A stretch of DNA of 64,000 bases. It comes from Tubiluchus corallicola. Taxonomy: Eukaryota; Animalia; Priapulida. A program made the translations under genes and the position numbers. This document shows positions 1 to 14,311 of this stretch, piece by piece. Below the pieces are notes generated by a model. It ran no database searches and had not been told where the DNA came from. It saw only the letters and a program-made list of their open reading frames with translations. The number at the start of each line of letters is the position of its first letter. Position 1 is the stretch's first letter. The stretch covers positions 4,535 through 68,534 of the forward strand of contig JAQGDQ010001035.1 of the NCBI GenBank assembly GCA_030141605.1. The letters are read 5' to 3'.

Positions 1-294
1 GAGCTGCCGGAGTCAATGATGAGCATGCTGCACTGGTCTTGCCTTCGGGGCTCCACTCCTGATTTGGAAGGTTTACTCCTCTACACACGGCCGTTGGGTC
101 ACTTGACCTCCTCCGTCCTCTAGCTGTTGGCTGCTTGTGCAGCTCCTCCACCTAGTGTCGAGATACAGTGTGGGCATCCCGCAAGCCTACAGCACCAGGT
201 ATTCCTAGGCGGTCACCCATCCAAGTACTAACTAGGCTCTACGTTGCTTAACTTCGGTGATGAGACGAGAACCAGTGTTTTGAACGTGATTTGG
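1..294 (-). mobile_element. 5S rRNA-derived SINE (5' part; mirror of 19495-19788)
   Basis: Reverse complement of 5S-like head (GAAGTTAAGC, TTGGATGGGTGACCGCC) followed by family body; cut by window edge. Confidence 0.9.
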
Positions 295-402
295 AGTCAG
301 TGAACAGTCCGCCTTCGGGGCTCCACTCCTGATTTGGAAGGTTTAGACTGACAGTGGCGAGATAACGAGGCTAGACTGTACAAGTTAATACATGTTTTTT
401 AG

Positions 403-1060
403 ATATGACGAAATGGGAATTCCATATTGCCTCATCATCAATGACAACTCGTTAACAACAGGAATCTGTTATCTTCGAAGTCGAGATACAACTCTTAAGG
501 TAAATATGCTAAACTTTGATTAATATTTTCAGCTATCGGCGAAGTTTTCTTATCTCTGGAAACATCCTGAAATCGGGTAACGAAATAAACCCATGTGATG
601 CTTAAAAATGTGCAGCTTGTAATAGTTTAAATTGTTTGTGTTGAATTTCGTCACTTTTTGTGTGCAGCTGCTTGAAGTAGAGATTGCTTATATGGAATGC
701 AATTGCATTTAGTATTTGTTGTACCCGACTGTTCTTTCAATAACTCTGAATAACGTTCAATTCGAAGAGGAATAAATCTGCTAAGCCAGTAAAAAGAGCA
801 TATGTTTTACTATAAGAACGCTCTACTATGAATCTTGGAGACTAATTGTGTTTTATTAATGACCAAAGTTCCAAGTCTGTAACACAAACTACCATTAATT
901 TAAATCAGCATTTTGTTTGTTTTGTTACGAAACACTGTGTGTATTCTAACCCAACATTACAGTACTGTTATTGCGTATTTATTTTTATGTGTTTGTTTAG
1001 GAAAAGCTTCATATGACCGATATCAGGGACACACTACTCCAGAGAATTTTAGCTTATTGA
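403..1060 (+). CDS. POLG2: POLG2 duplicate, last two coding exons (403-499, 1001-1060); upstream exons would lie left of window
   Basis: AG/GT-bounded exons encode YDEMGIPYCLIINDNSLTTGICYLRSRDTTLK + EKLHMTDIRDTLLQRILAY*, matching the POLG2 C-terminus (YDEM...LRSRDTT.K); mirror of 19386-19290 and 18788-18729. Completeness unknown. Confidence 0.85.
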
Positions 1061-2220
1061 GTACATCCATTCCAGGGGTACAGACTGAAATTTTGCTTTA
1101 TCAAGCTTTTTTTACATCGTCAGTTTATGCTTCTAAAGTAACTTTATCATCAGAAGATTAAAAAAATGATTTTTACCATAGTCAAATGTTTTCCACTTTT
1201 ATAACCATTAGGCTAATTTGCATATGTGATCAAATAATAAATTTTCACATATTTTTGCAACATATTTGAACAACGTTTTATCATATTGTAATCATTGTCT
1301 TGAGCCAATGTTTTGAATTTCTGCATTTTTTTATTTATTTATTAAATATATCCACAATGATCATTACAGCATTGTACATAAAAGTATTTAATAACATAGT
1401 TATTATTATGTGCGCAAGATGCCAAGCCGCAAATGACCCGTGGGGTACTCAAGAAGTAATTACTTGTTTAAAGCACCCCAAATGAATGTGGACTGAGTGT
1501 AATGAAAAAGAGCACTAAAGGAATAGAAGAAAGGTTAATAGAAAATAGAAAGAAGATGTGATGGTATCTGTATGAAGTAACGTGAACTATAGAAATGTAA
1601 AAATTGACATAGCCAGCAACGCAATGGATTACGACAGGGACAGCAGCGTAATTAATCAAATTTTTGTTTTTCTGACCCACACCATCAAGTAATAATCATG
1701 CTATTCTGTTCCATACACGTAGCTAAATTATTGGTATTTATGTAACGTGTTTCTTAGAAACCCTCTATTACCGAACGTACACTGAAACTCTTAACATTAA
1801 TGGCGGTGGTGACACCTGTTAACAAAATTCAGAACTATGGTCACGATGTTTTAGCATACAAATGTGTTGATACATCAAAATTAATATATTTGAGTTTTTA
1901 GTCTGTGATAAGGATCAGTGGTATTTGATTATGTATGCAACATAGCAAAGCGGCATTCCGTTCATATGATAGTGTCAATTCAAATTTTTCCACTGTGTGC
2001 TTACACGGCTTTGTAAATTCCAGAAAAACAGGTATTAACATAGCTTTGGTTAACAATTTAGCCTGGGAATCAGCACAGAATGGTAATAAAATCACACAAG
2101 ATTAAATTTTTCATCAAAAGATGGTCTGTTAATTAGACTAGATTAGCTTAACTTATTAGATTAGCTAAGTAGATTAGTATGCCGGTGCTTAACTGTTATT
2201 GATAATTGATAGTTTTTTAA

Positions 2221-2679
2221 CCCTTTCAGTCCCAAATTATTTTTTTAATAAGAAAATTTTTTTTGATTTGGTACTTTTGTTCAGTATATCCATCTTCTTT
2301 ACACATAATAATTATATTTTTCTACCTGTGCCCACGTGCTAAATATAGCCTGTATCCCACAGGATACAATGGGATTCAATGGAAGCAAAAAATGTGCTTC
2401 ATTTTGCAACTGTTGATAATTTTTTAAAGTATTTAAGACATTTAGTATGCATGCTATACTGATCTGTACAAAGTCGTCTCTAAAGTACTGTACCTTGAGC
2501 AGTTTTTTATGCTATGTAGATTTTCTAGTTTACCATTTTATCACCATTTTAGTCTCTTGTTATTAGCTTAAATCAAAATAACTATTAACAGATCAAATAA
2601 CTGTCAGTTTTAAAATTTTATTAATTTTAAAGGCAGAAAATATTCTCGTATCCCACGGGATACAACAGGTATGAAAGGG
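2221..2679. mobile_element. piggyBac-like non-autonomous MITE
   Basis: TTAA|CCCTTTCA...TGAAAGGG|TTAA; repeated internal TATCCCAC(A/G)GGATACA motif near 2354 and 2650. Confidence 0.75.
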
Positions 2680-3104
2680 TTAAAGTGAAAAAAAACTATT
2701 TCACTGCCCTATGTGAATTGATGTCATTATACTGCAAAAGTTTGACTGGACACTAACATATTCCTTTACATTGTAAGCAAAGCTTTAAATAAGCTGGGTA
2801 TACATATTTGTGTGGTGCCGTTTCTCATCGTGTAATTATTGAAAATGTTAAAATAAGTGGGAGTTTGATTGGTTGACCTGGTATAGCTTTGACCAGGTCA
2901 GCTGGCTATTGTTCTGCTAGCCTTGAAGCCATTGTAATATATGGGAAGATTATATAACAGTGATGATAATGTTGGATGGGCTGTATTAGCTATTTTATAT
3001 GCTCATTGGGACTAGAAAGAGTCACATATTTCTCGTAATTGATGTAATGGTGTTATGTGAAATGCATGATCGATGTGATGTCATTAGAATTTATCCTGTT
3101 GCTC

Positions 3105-3385
3105 ACATTTTGTTGTTTGTTGCATGAAACTTGTTGTTTGTTGTTTACCGTGTGAAGCTTGTTGTTTGTTGTTTACCGTGTGAAGCTTGTGGTTTGTTGT
3201 TTACCTTGTGAAGTTTGTTGTTTGTGTTTTGTTGTTTACCGTGTGAAGCTTGTGGTTTGTTGTTTACCTTGTGAAGTTTGTTGTTTGTGTTTTGTTGTTT
3301 GCCGTGTGGAGCTTGTTGTTTGTTGTTCGTTGAGCGAAATGTGTTGTTTGTTGTTTACTGCTTGAAGTTTTTTGTTTGTTTTTTG
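3105..3385. repeat. ~28-bp minisatellite (TTGTTGTTTGTTGTTTACCGTGTGAAGC-like); mirror ~16405-16680
   Basis: Directly visible tandem units. Confidence 0.85.
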
Positions 3386-5447
3386 AAACTTATTTGTTGT
3401 CGTTTGACACAATTAATGACACCGTCCATGGAAGCGATTTGTCATAAACTTTGGTGTTTGCAAAAAGTGAGGAAAGGGAAGCTTGTGACTTGTTATAGGC
3501 AGTTTCACACTTTTAAGTGCTTTGACTAGTCGTGCACGCATTCACACTACATGCTGGCTATGTGAATTCATTTTACGGTGTGCCATGAAAATGATCACAT
3601 ATGCTTGCAATATTTGAAAACGTTTGGTCAGTTACGTTAGGTGGTGTTGCTGCTGCTGCTGCTGACCAAATCATCCAAGCATATTCATGCTCTTGTATTT
3701 TGATCTGACCCCCTGTATTTCAGTTAACATTGCAGCTTAAGATGATTCCGGTACACATGATTCACCTGAGACAACCTTCTGCCATGTTGCTACATTAATT
3801 TGTCAAGCGAACTTGTTCTGGTTTTTTGCTGTGACAACATTTAAGCTGAACTCAGAATTGTGAAAGCCGGAACAGATGCTGCAGCTTCCGCCTACTGTTA
3901 CAGTAAAACATCCAGAAACGTACAAAGAAATCGTAGTAGTCGGATGTGTTTAAGCACAAATCTACCAAGCCACCAAGATCAGTAATGCGTTAACAATCCA
4001 CCTAGTGTAGACAGCAAGACAAATGCGAACATTGCTTTTTTTAACCAGAACATCTGTTTGCTCTTATCAGACATCTAAAATAAATAAAAATAGCAAAATT
4101 TAAAATAAGTTTTTAAATCCAGTTTATTATTAAATTTAGCCAGTAGGCAACGTATTAATAAGCTGCATATAGAATGGCTTAAGGCCCAAAGTGTACAGCG
4201 CCCTCTACATCTTTTGAAGTTATACTATCAAAGAAATGTGTTTACTTTTTTACCAATGGAATGCTGAAGTTTTATAATGTTACAAAATTGAATTATAATG
4301 TATGTGATAATGGAGATAAATTTAGCTGACATTCTGTCTTTTAAATTGATAGGCTGCTTTTTGAATTGCCCGAGGAACATGTTGTTTGTAGCTCATATTT
4401 TTAATCCTGTCTTATCCAGGGGCTAAATTTAGTCTAATGTCAAAAGAACAATTGAATTTTTATCAGTGGAATGTTAAAATAAAGGTACATACATGTGCAT
4501 CTGTCTAATGCTCATGTCAAGATAATGATTGCTTTAAATTGTAAATGTGGCAGAAATATTTGCTTCTGGCTGACTTTGAAGATAATTTACCCTGCACACT
4601 GCAGAATTGCATGTGTATGGTTGTGGCATGATTGTTTTTGTTAGTGGCTTGTGGGGGGGGGGGGGGTTGTCAGTAGATAACGGTAAATGTGTTGCTGTGA
4701 TGGTCATTATTGTTGTTCCTTTTTAATGCAGTGCGGTCCCGAATCTAGTAGTCACCCATCCGTTTACCAAGGAGATCCAGTATTCTTTAACTTCAGTTGC
4801 AATCTGCTGCCACTAGATTGTACGTCATGCCCGTGCTAAGTACAGCTACTGATGTTGCTGATCATGAAGACGACGATGATAATGATGGTGATGATGATGA
4901 TGAGATGATGGTAATGATGCAATTGTTGAGATTATTTTTCCTGCTGCTGTTGTTGTTGTTGCTTTTGCTTTGACTGCTGCTTGTTGCTGCTGCTGCTGAT
5001 GATTATGATGACGATGATGTTGTTGGTATTGCCTTTGCTGCTGCAGCTAATTGCTGATATACTATCTAGAACATCATTTTCACGACTGAATGGCACTATG
5101 CATATGTACATTTACACAGTGATACTCAACGAATCTAACACTTCAACACTTCCAATTGCTTGGTAATTTTTTCACTATTTTTTGCTCCGTACAAGCCACC
5201 TGTAATGATAACAGTAAAAAGACAAGACATTTCATTTCATGAATGCAGAGCTTCCTAAAACTCAATAAAGTTTAAACTTAGTCTGAAATACCACATAGGA
5301 AATTTATCAGGAGTTTATAAATGGTCTTGAATTTCTCGCTGTTTTGCAAATCTTAGTCATATCTGAAATTTTATTAATAGTTGATACGACACGAACACTT
5401 TGATCATTCGGAAGAACAGAAAAAGTACAGTAGTATCGGTAGATGAT

Positions 5448-5938
5448 TGCCCTTTGGCATCCTTCTGTCTCGGAAGACAATGGAATGTGCGCCAAGAGAG
5501 TCCGATCCTTGAACGTCTCCAGGGCACACGCCTGGGCAAGGTGTATGGAGATCCTGAGTTGCTCAGACAACAGGAACCCCCTCTCTTCCACCCTGGTGTA
5601 GTCCAAAGGAAAGCAGAGCGATACGTTTGGCACCAGGTTGGCTGCAGGAGCTGCCGGAGTTGGTGAGCATGCGGCACTGGTCCGTCTTCGGGGCTCCACT
5701 CCTGATTTGGAAGGTTTACTCCTCTACACATGGCCGTTGGGTCACATGACCTCCTCCACCCTCTAGCCGTTGGCTGCTTTTGCAGCTCCTCTGCCTAGTG
5801 TCGAGATACAGTGTGGGCATCCCGCAAACCTACAGCACCTGGTATTCCAAGGTGGTCACCCATCCAAGTACTAACCAGGCTCTACGTTGCTTAACTTCGG
5901 TGATCAGACGAGAACTGGTGTTTTCAACGTGATTTGGT
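5448..5938 (-). mobile_element. 5S rRNA-derived SINE, short subfamily
   Basis: 5S-like head, family body and TGTCTTCCGAGACA hairpin 3' end; mirror of 13821-14311. Confidence 0.9.
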
Positions 5939-6119
5939 GGTAGATGATAGACGTTGGTAAAGTATAACAGGTGCAGACTGCAGACCTGCCGACTCTTACA
6001 CGTGCAAAAGTATCAAAGTTGAAAGTAAACGTTGATCGTTTGAAAGTGTCTCCCCTTGTGACGTAAAGGATCGCTGTTTGAGGCCTTTCTATTTGAGATA
6101 AGGGAGTAAATGAAAGCTG

Positions 6120-6514
6120 TGTTAAATAATGATTTTGATTAAATTGGTGATTAAATTATTAAATTAATAATTCAAGATTAAATGCTTGACGATGCAAGAT
6201 TAAACTATCATCGTGGGTAGAAGCCTAGTTAGGTGTGACATCACGTGACCAGCTCATGTTCGACCGGCTGACTCAGAAGTAAAGATTGATGATGTAATCC
6301 TTATGCGCAGAAGCTCACGGCGCATTAGGTAGTTAGACAAAAGTGGTTTAAGGCCCGCACTTCGGGGGAGATTAGGAACTGACTTGAAGACGGAGGGCTG
6401 GCATTACTATCCTCTTATATTTGCATTGTTGTGTTTGTTGTTTAATAAATGTGTTGCTTGTTATAGTTTGCCATGCCCATCGTGGCTACCTCACACGCCG
6501 CACAATAAACAACA
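6120..6514 (+). mobile_element. Possible solo LTR (mirror 13245-13639)
   Basis: TGTT...AACA ends, internal AATAAA with GT-rich context, more GC-rich than flanks; no TSD found. Confidence 0.35.
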
Positions 6515-7729
6515 ATAATCAGCAAGCAGCACTAACCACAAGAATAAATAGACTTTAACCAATTATTTTACTAAGGGCCCCTTTTTGAAGCCCCAGCTAT
6601 GTAAATGTATCACAAGTAAAAAATATTCGAGACGAGTGAGGGTGGCTTCGTCTGATGGTTCCCAAAAGGCCATAACCCGGCCCTTTTTTGCTTTAATTTT
6701 TTGCTACCCAAAAGGGCAAATACTTCTGAGGCAAAATTTACATCCCCGGACCCCCGATAAGGACGAGATGATCCTCAAGGGTTTCTGCGTTTCACCCTCA
6801 TCACTCCCACTTCATACGCTACATTAAATGATTGCAGGGCTGCAGGTGGTCACTCTTTGAATTGTCTGAAATATGCTCCTGAACAATCAGTGTTTCACGA
6901 CTTGCAACACATGGTATGAGTTGGAAGGATTTGGGGATAATTCCCAGGCTTAAATATAAACTTGATGAGTCTGATAACTGGACCTTAAGTTCAGGTGTGT
7001 TTGACCGTACTATAGCAATCTAAATATGTCTAGGCAGTTTATTTCAATTACTCCACTGATTCAAAATCCAAAGTTCAAAATTCAACCTACAATGAAGTCA
7101 TACAGTTTGTCTATAAGTTATTGCTGTTTCGTAAGACATGGCGCGCTGTTTAGACTGTAGCATCTCGAGCTGAGTGTTTTCTACGCCAGGGTGAACAAAC
7201 TGAACACGGCATTAGCAGCTTGTGCAAACATTTTTTACGCACCGGGAGAGTTTTTTTCAACAGGCAAGCTGCACCTGGTTCAGCGTGTTTGCGACACGTG
7301 CTTTTGTGACGTCATTGACAACATTCTAGACAATTATCTCTGGTGCGCGGGCGAAGTACAAGGGGTGAAAATAACATTGATAATAACGAAAATATAACGA
7401 AATGTTTTTGTATTGATCGCATATAGAAACTTTTTTCCTTTTGTCAGTTCATTGACAAATTTAAGATGAATGCTCTAGGCGCCCGGGTTTAGTCAATTAA
7501 CGTTTTAGTCTTGTGATTTTTTTGTATTTAAAAGAGAAGAGACGTTTTTTTCTTAACTCTTTAGCAGTATTGATGTACGCGAGATATCAGTTGATTGATG
7601 ATTGTTCTTTTCTTGTTAAGCGTTTGTCAGCAACAACAACAACGGTAACATCAGCAGTAGAAACAGAAACGTAACCATGAACCCTAATGCTTGATGCTCC
7701 CTTAGTCTTGCTGTTATCATAGACCGTTA

Positions 7730-9110
7730 ACAACGGCAGTGCAGCAGTAACAGCAATAACAGTAATAGCAAGAATAACAACAACAGCAGTGAGAGCCATA
7801 ATAACAACATCAACAGCAAACAGAATAGCAAGAATGACAACAACAGCAAACAGAATAGCAAGAATGACAACAACAACAACAACAGCAATGACAGCAATAA
7901 CAACAACAGCAAACAGAATAGCAAGAATGACAATAACAACAACAACAGCAGTGACAGCAATAACAACAACAGCAGTGAGAGCCATAATAACAACATCATC
8001 AGCAAACAGAATAGCAAGAATGACAACAACAGCAATGACAGCAATAACAACAACAGCAAACAGAATAGCAAGAATGACAACAACAACAACAACAGCAGTG
8101 ACAGCAATAACAACAACAGCAGTGAGAGCCATAATAACAACATCATCAGCAAACAGAATAGCAAGAATGACAACAACAACAGCAGTGACAGCAATAACAA
8201 CAACAGCAAACAGAATAGCAAGAATGACAACAACAACAGCAAACAGAATAGCAAGAATGACAACAACAGCAATGACAGCAATAACAACAACAGCAAACAG
8301 AATAGCAAGAATGACAACAACAACAACAACAGTGACAGCAATAACAACAACAGCAAACAGAATAGCAAGAATGACAACAACAACAGCAGTGACAGCAATA
8401 ACAACAACAGCAAACAAAACAGCAAGAATGACAACAACAGCAGCGACAGCAATAACAACAACAGCAAACAGAATAGCAAGAATGACAACAACAACGGTGA
8501 CAGCTATAACAACAACAGCAAACAGAATAGCAAGAATGACAACAACAGCAGCGACAGCAATAACAACAACAGCAAACAGAACAGCAAGAATGACAACAAC
8601 AACAGTGACAGCAATAACAACAACAGCAAACAAAACAGCAAGAATGACAACAAAAGCAATGACAGCAATAACAACAACAACAGCAAACAGAATAGCAAGA
8701 ATGACAACAACAGCAGCGACAGCAATAACAACAACAGCAAACAGAATAGCAAGAATGACAACAACAACAACAACAACAACAACAACAGTAAACAGAATAG
8801 CAAGAATGACAACAACAACAGTGACAGCTATAACAACAACAGCAAACAGAACAGCAAGAATGACAACAACAGCAATGACAGCAATAACAACAACAGCAAA
8901 CAGAATAGCAAGAATGACAACAACAACAACAACAGTGACAGCAATAACAACAACAGCAAACAGAATAGCAAGAATGACAACAACAACAACAACAGTGACA
9001 GCAATAACAACAACAGCAAACAGAATAGCAAGAATGACAACAACAGCAAATAGCAATAACAACAACAGCAAAATCAAAACAGAAGAATGACAACAACAGC
9101 AGTGACAGTA
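7730..9110. repeat. (ACA)-derived compound minisatellite, ~55-60 bp unit GCAAACAGAATAGCAAGAATGACAACAACAACAGCAGTGACAGCAATAACAACAACA
   Basis: Directly visible; inner end of left palindrome arm; source of long low-complexity ORFs. Confidence 0.95.
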
Positions 9111-9159
9111 TACAATAACAATATAAAAAGGAATAGAAGAATGACAATAACGATGGAAG

Positions 9160-9665
9160 ATAGTAACATACAAACAAACGAAGGAAGAAAGGAACATACA
9201 AACAAACGAAGGAAGAAAGGAACATACAAACAAACGAAGGAAGAAAGGAACATACAAACAAACGAAAGAACAGACGAACATACATATAAAAGGAGGAGAA
9301 AAAGAACACGCAAACAAAAGAAAAAACAAATGAACATACCAACACATGAATGAACGAATAAAAAATGAAACAAATAAAACAACAAACAAACAACGAACAA
9401 AAAACAAACACACACATAAACACATATAAAAAAGAATGAGCAAACAAATCAATGAAAGGAACAAGAAAAATAAACAAAGAAATGAGCAAAAATAAATGTA
9501 CGTATAAACGAAGGAAGAAATCTAAAAAATGAACAAATATCAGATAAACAAATAAACACAGAACCAACAAAAGAAATGATAAATGAATGAACAAACAAAG
9601 GAATGAATGCAGAGATGAACAGTAAACGGAAAACGAACGAACGAACAAATAATTAAACAAGAAAA
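9160..9665. repeat. A-rich low-complexity (AAAC / GAAGGAA) repeat in palindrome spacer
   Basis: Units such as AACATACAAACAAACGAAGGAAGAAAGG repeated. Confidence 0.8.
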
Positions 9666-10439
9666 TGAAAATTTAACACACATAAATCTCTATAATAATC
9701 ATTTCATACCATTTTTGCACAAAATTATTGCTACGAAAAAATAAGCGCATTTATTCACCCTAAATGTATCATAAAGCGCTAAAAACTCGAAGAGAAATCT
9801 CAGATAAATAAGGAGCAATCTCATTAGCTGTTTTAACGCCGTGTGAAAGTAAAAAATTAATGCGCAAATAATGCTGGCATGGAAGGTTACCGCTATTGAG
9901 TATTGACATGCTCACAGCAACACGATTTTTTTCAACTTTGCCTCGACATTGACACTCTGAGCTCGCATCGCATCATAGTAATCATTGAAGACGAAGTCAA
10001 TGTCACTAGCATGTCAATAAATCTGTACCAGAAAAACGATGCTAAACCCCAGTGGCAAGGTACGTTCTATTTATAAAGTACGAGTTCGTACTGATACTAG
10101 TGATAGTGCACCAGCATAAATTAGTGTAGGATTGCTAATGAAGCAAAGGTCATTACCAAGTGAAAAAATAAAATTAGCTTTCTCAATGTCTTGAACCGCC
10201 ATCATATTCAAATTATTTCCGCATTTGTGTTGTTGTGGATACAATATGACTGAACGGTGACATGGCTCAAGGCATGGACTTCTGAATGAAAATTTAAAAA
10301 GCTCCAACAATTAATAATTCATGATTATGCATCAGTAACAGTTATAGAAAATTTCATGATCTACTTGCTAGTGGAACTATTGCCGTTATTGATGCTACTA
10401 TTGCTGTTACCATCGATGTTGTTGTTGTTGCCATTGCTC

Positions 10440-12030
10440 CTGTTGTTTAATATTGTTGTTGTTGTTGCTGTCACTGCTGTTGTTGTCATTCTGTTTACTG
10501 TTGCTGCTGTTGTTGTTATTGCTGTCTGTTGTTGTCTGTCTTGCTATTCTGTTTGCTGTTGCTGCTGTTGTTGTTATTGCTGTCACTGTTGTTGTTGTTG
10601 TTGTTGTTGTCATTCTTGCTATTCTGTTTGCTGTTGTTGTTGTTGTTATTGCTGTTATTGCTGTTGTTGTCATTCTTGCTGTTCTGTTTGCTGTTGTTGT
10701 TATAGCTGTCACTGTTGTTGTTGTTGTCATTCTTGCTATTCTGTTTGCTGTTATTGCTGTCACTGTTGTTGTTGTTGTTGTTGTCATTCTTGCTATTGTT
10801 TGCTGTTGTTGTTATTGCTGTCGCTGCTGTCATTCTTGCTATTCTGTTTGCTGTTGTTGTTGTTGTTATTGCTGTCATTGCTGTTGTTGTCATTCTTGCT
10901 GTTTTGTTTGCTGTTGTTGTTATAGCTGTCACTGTTGTTGTTGTCATTCTTGCTATTCTGTTTGCTGTTGCTGCTGTTGTTGTTACTGCTGTCACTGTTG
11001 TTGTTGTTGTTGTTGTTGTTGTCATTCTTGCTATTCTGTTTGCTGTTGTTGTTATTGCTGTCGCTGCTGTTGTTGTCATTCTTGCTATTCTGTTTGCTGT
11101 TGTTGTTGTTATTGCTGTCATTGCTTTTGTTGTCATTCTTGCTGTTCTGTTTGCTGTTGTTGTTATAGCTGTCACTGTTGTTGTTGTCATTCTTGCTGTT
11201 TTGTTTGCTGTTGTTGTTATTGCTGTCGCTGCTGTTGTTGTCATTCTTGCTGTTTTGTTTGCTGTTGTTGTTATTGCTGTCACTGCTGTTGTTGTTGTCA
11301 TTCTTGCTATTCTGTTTGCTGTTGTTGTTATTGCTGTCACTGCTGTTGTTGTTGTCATTCTTGCTATTCTGTTTGCTGTTGTTGTTATTGCTGTCACTGC
11401 TGTTGTTGTTGTCATTCTTGCTATTCTGTTTGCTGTTGTTGTTATTGCTGTCACTGCTGTTGTTGTCATTCTTGCTATTCTGTTTGCTGTTGTTGTTATT
11501 GCTGTCACTGCTGTTGTTGTTGTCATTCTTGCTATTCTGTTTGCTGTTGTTGTTATTGCTGTCACTGCTGTTGTTGTTGTCATTCTTGCTATTCTGTTTG
11601 CTGATGATGTTGTTATTATGGCTCTCACTGCTGTTGTTGTTATTGCTGTCACTGCTGTTGTTGTTGTTGTTGTCATTCTTGCTATTCTGTTTGCTGTTGT
11701 TGTTATTGCTGTCATTGCTGTTGTTGTCATTCTTGCTATTCTGTTTGCTGATGATGTTGTTATTATGGCTCTCACTGCTGTTGTTGTTATTGCTGTCACT
11801 GCTGTTGTTGTTGTTATTGTCATTCTTGCTATTCTGTTTGCTGTTGTTGTTATTGCTGTCATTGCTGTTGTTGTTGTTGTTGTCATTCTTGCTATTCTGT
11901 TTGCTGTCACTGCTGTTGTTGTCATTCTTGCTATTCTGTTTGCTGTTGATGTTGTTATTATGGCTCTCACTGCTGTTGTTGTTATTCTTGCTATTACTGT
12001 TATTGCTGTTACTGCTGCATTGCCGTTGTT
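10440..12030. repeat. (TGT)-strand copy of the same compound minisatellite, longer array
   Basis: Reverse complement of 7730-9110 with different unit number. Confidence 0.95.
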
Positions 12031-13820
12031 AACGGTCTATGATAACAGCAAGACTAAGGGAGCATCAAGCATTAGGGCTCATGGTTACGTTTCTCTTTCT
12101 ACTGCTGATGTTACCGTTGTTGTTGTTGCTGACAAACGCTTAACAAGAAAAGAACAATCATCAATCAACTGATATCTCGCGTACATCAATACTGCTAAAG
12201 AGTTAAGAAAAAAACGTCTCTTCTCTTTTAAATACAAAAAAATCACAAGACTAAAACGTTAATTGACTAAACCCGGGCGCCTAGAGCATTCATCTTAAAT
12301 TTGTCAATGAACTGACAAAAGGAAAAAAGTTTCTATATGCGATCAATACAAAAACATTTCGTTATATTTTCGTTATTATCAATGTTATTTTCACCCCTTG
12401 TACTTCGCCCGCGCACCAGAGATAATTGTCTAGAATGTTGTCAATGACGTCACAAAAGCACGTGTCGCAAACACGCTGAACCAGGTGCAGCTTGCCTGTT
12501 GAAAAAAACTCTCCCGGTGCGTAAAAAATGTTTGCACAAGCTGCTAATGCCGTGTTCAGTTTGTTCACCCTGGCGTAGAAAACACTCAGCTCGAGATGCT
12601 ACAGTCTAAACAGCGCGCCATGTCTTACGAAACAGCAATAACTTATAGACAAACTGTATGACTTCATTGTAGGTTGAATTTTGAACTTTGGATTTTGAAT
12701 CAGTGGAGTAATTGAAATAAACTGCCTAGACATATTTAGATTGCTATAGTACGGTCAAACACACCTGAACTTAAGGTCCAGTTATCAGACTCATCAAGTT
12801 TATATTTAAGCCTGGGAATTATCCCCAAATCCTTCCAACTCATACCATGTGTTGCAAGTCGTGAAACACTGATTGTTCAGGAGCATATTTCAGACAATTC
12901 AAAGAGTGACCACCTGCAGCCCTGCAATCATTTAATGTAGCGTATGAAGTGGGAGTGATGAGGGTGAAACGCAGAAACCCTTGAGGATCATCTCGCCCTT
13001 ATCGAGGGTCTGGGGATGTAAATTTTGCCTCAGAAGTATTTGCCCTTTTGGGTAGCAAAAAATTAAAGCAAAAAAGGGCCGGGTTATGGCCTTTTGAGAA
13101 CCCTCAGACGAAGCCACCCTCACTCGTCTCGAATATTTTTTACTTGTGATATATTTGCATAGCTGGGGCTTCAAAAAGGGGCCCTTAGTAAAATAATTGG
13201 TTAAAGTCTATTTATTCTTGTGGTTAGTGCTGCTTGCTGATTATTGTTGTTTATTGTGCGGCGTGTGAGGTAGCCACGATGGGCATGGCAAACTATAACA
13301 AGCAACACATTTATTAAACAACAAACACAACAATGCAAATATAAGAGGATAGTAATGCCAGCCCTCCGTCTTCAAGTCAGTTCCTAATCTCCCCCGAAGT
13401 GCGGGCCTTAAACCACTTTTGTCTAACTACCTAATGCGCCGTGAGCTTCTGCGCATAAGGATTACATCATCAATCTTTACTTCTGAGTCAGCCGGTCGAA
13501 CATGAGCTGGTCACGTGATGTCACACCTAACTAGGCTTCTACCCACGATGATAGTTTAATCTTGCATCGTCAAGCATTTAATCTTGAATTATTAATTTAA
13601 TAATTTAATCACCAATTTAATCAAAATCATTATTTAACACAGCTTTCATTTACTCCCTTATCTCAAATAGAAAGGCCTCAAACAGCGATCCTTTACGTCA
13701 CAAGGGGAGACACTTTCAAACGATCAACGTTTACTTTCAACTTTGATACTTTTGCACGTGTAAGAGTCGGCAGGTCTGCAGTCTGCACCTGTTATACTTT
13801 ACCAACGTCTATCATCTACC

Positions 13821-14311
13821 ACCAAATCACGTTGAAAACACCAGTTCTCGTCTGATCACCGAAGTTAAGCAACGTAGAGCCTGGTTAGTACTTGGATGGG
13901 TGACCACCTTGGAATACCAGGTGCTGTAGGTTTGCGGGATGCCCACACTGTATCTCGACACTAGGCAGAGGAGCTGCAAAAGCAGCCAACGGCTAGAGGG
14001 TGGAGGAGGTCATGTGACCCAACGGCCATGTGTAGAGGAGTAAACCTTCCAAATCAGGAGTGGAGCCCCGAAGACGGACCAGTGCCGCATGCTCACCAAC
14101 TCCGGCAGCTCCTGCAGCCAACCTGGTGCCAAACGTATCGCTCTGCTTTCCTTTGGACTACACCAGGGTGGAAGAGAGGGGGTTCCTGTTGTCTGAGCAA
14201 CTCAGGATCTCCATACACCTTGCCCAGGCGTGTGCCCTGGAGACGTTCAAGGATCGGACTCTCTTGGCGCACATTCCATTGTCTTCCGAGACAGAAGGAT
14301 GCCAAAGGGCA
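13821..14311 (+). mobile_element. 5S rRNA-derived SINE, short subfamily
   Basis: 5S-like head, body, hairpin tail; flanked by ATCATCTACC at 13811-13820 and 14312-14321 (TSD-like). Confidence 0.9.

Noticed and set aside
3724-3990. Possible exon after CCCCTGTATTTCAG in the palindrome arm
   Set aside because: All three frames stop within ~25 codons; no recognisable homology.
4735-4800. 5S-like fragments (also ~43090-43140)
   Set aside because: Too short and degenerate; probably old SINE debris.
5307-5731. Recurrent 80-130 aa ORFs (MEPRRRTSAACS...) as a gene family
   Set aside because: All lie within SINE copies and vary in frame and length.
7587-12172. Long ORFs (625, 504, 485, 484, 433 aa)
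   Set aside because: Open in several frames and both strands only because the satellite lacks stop codons.
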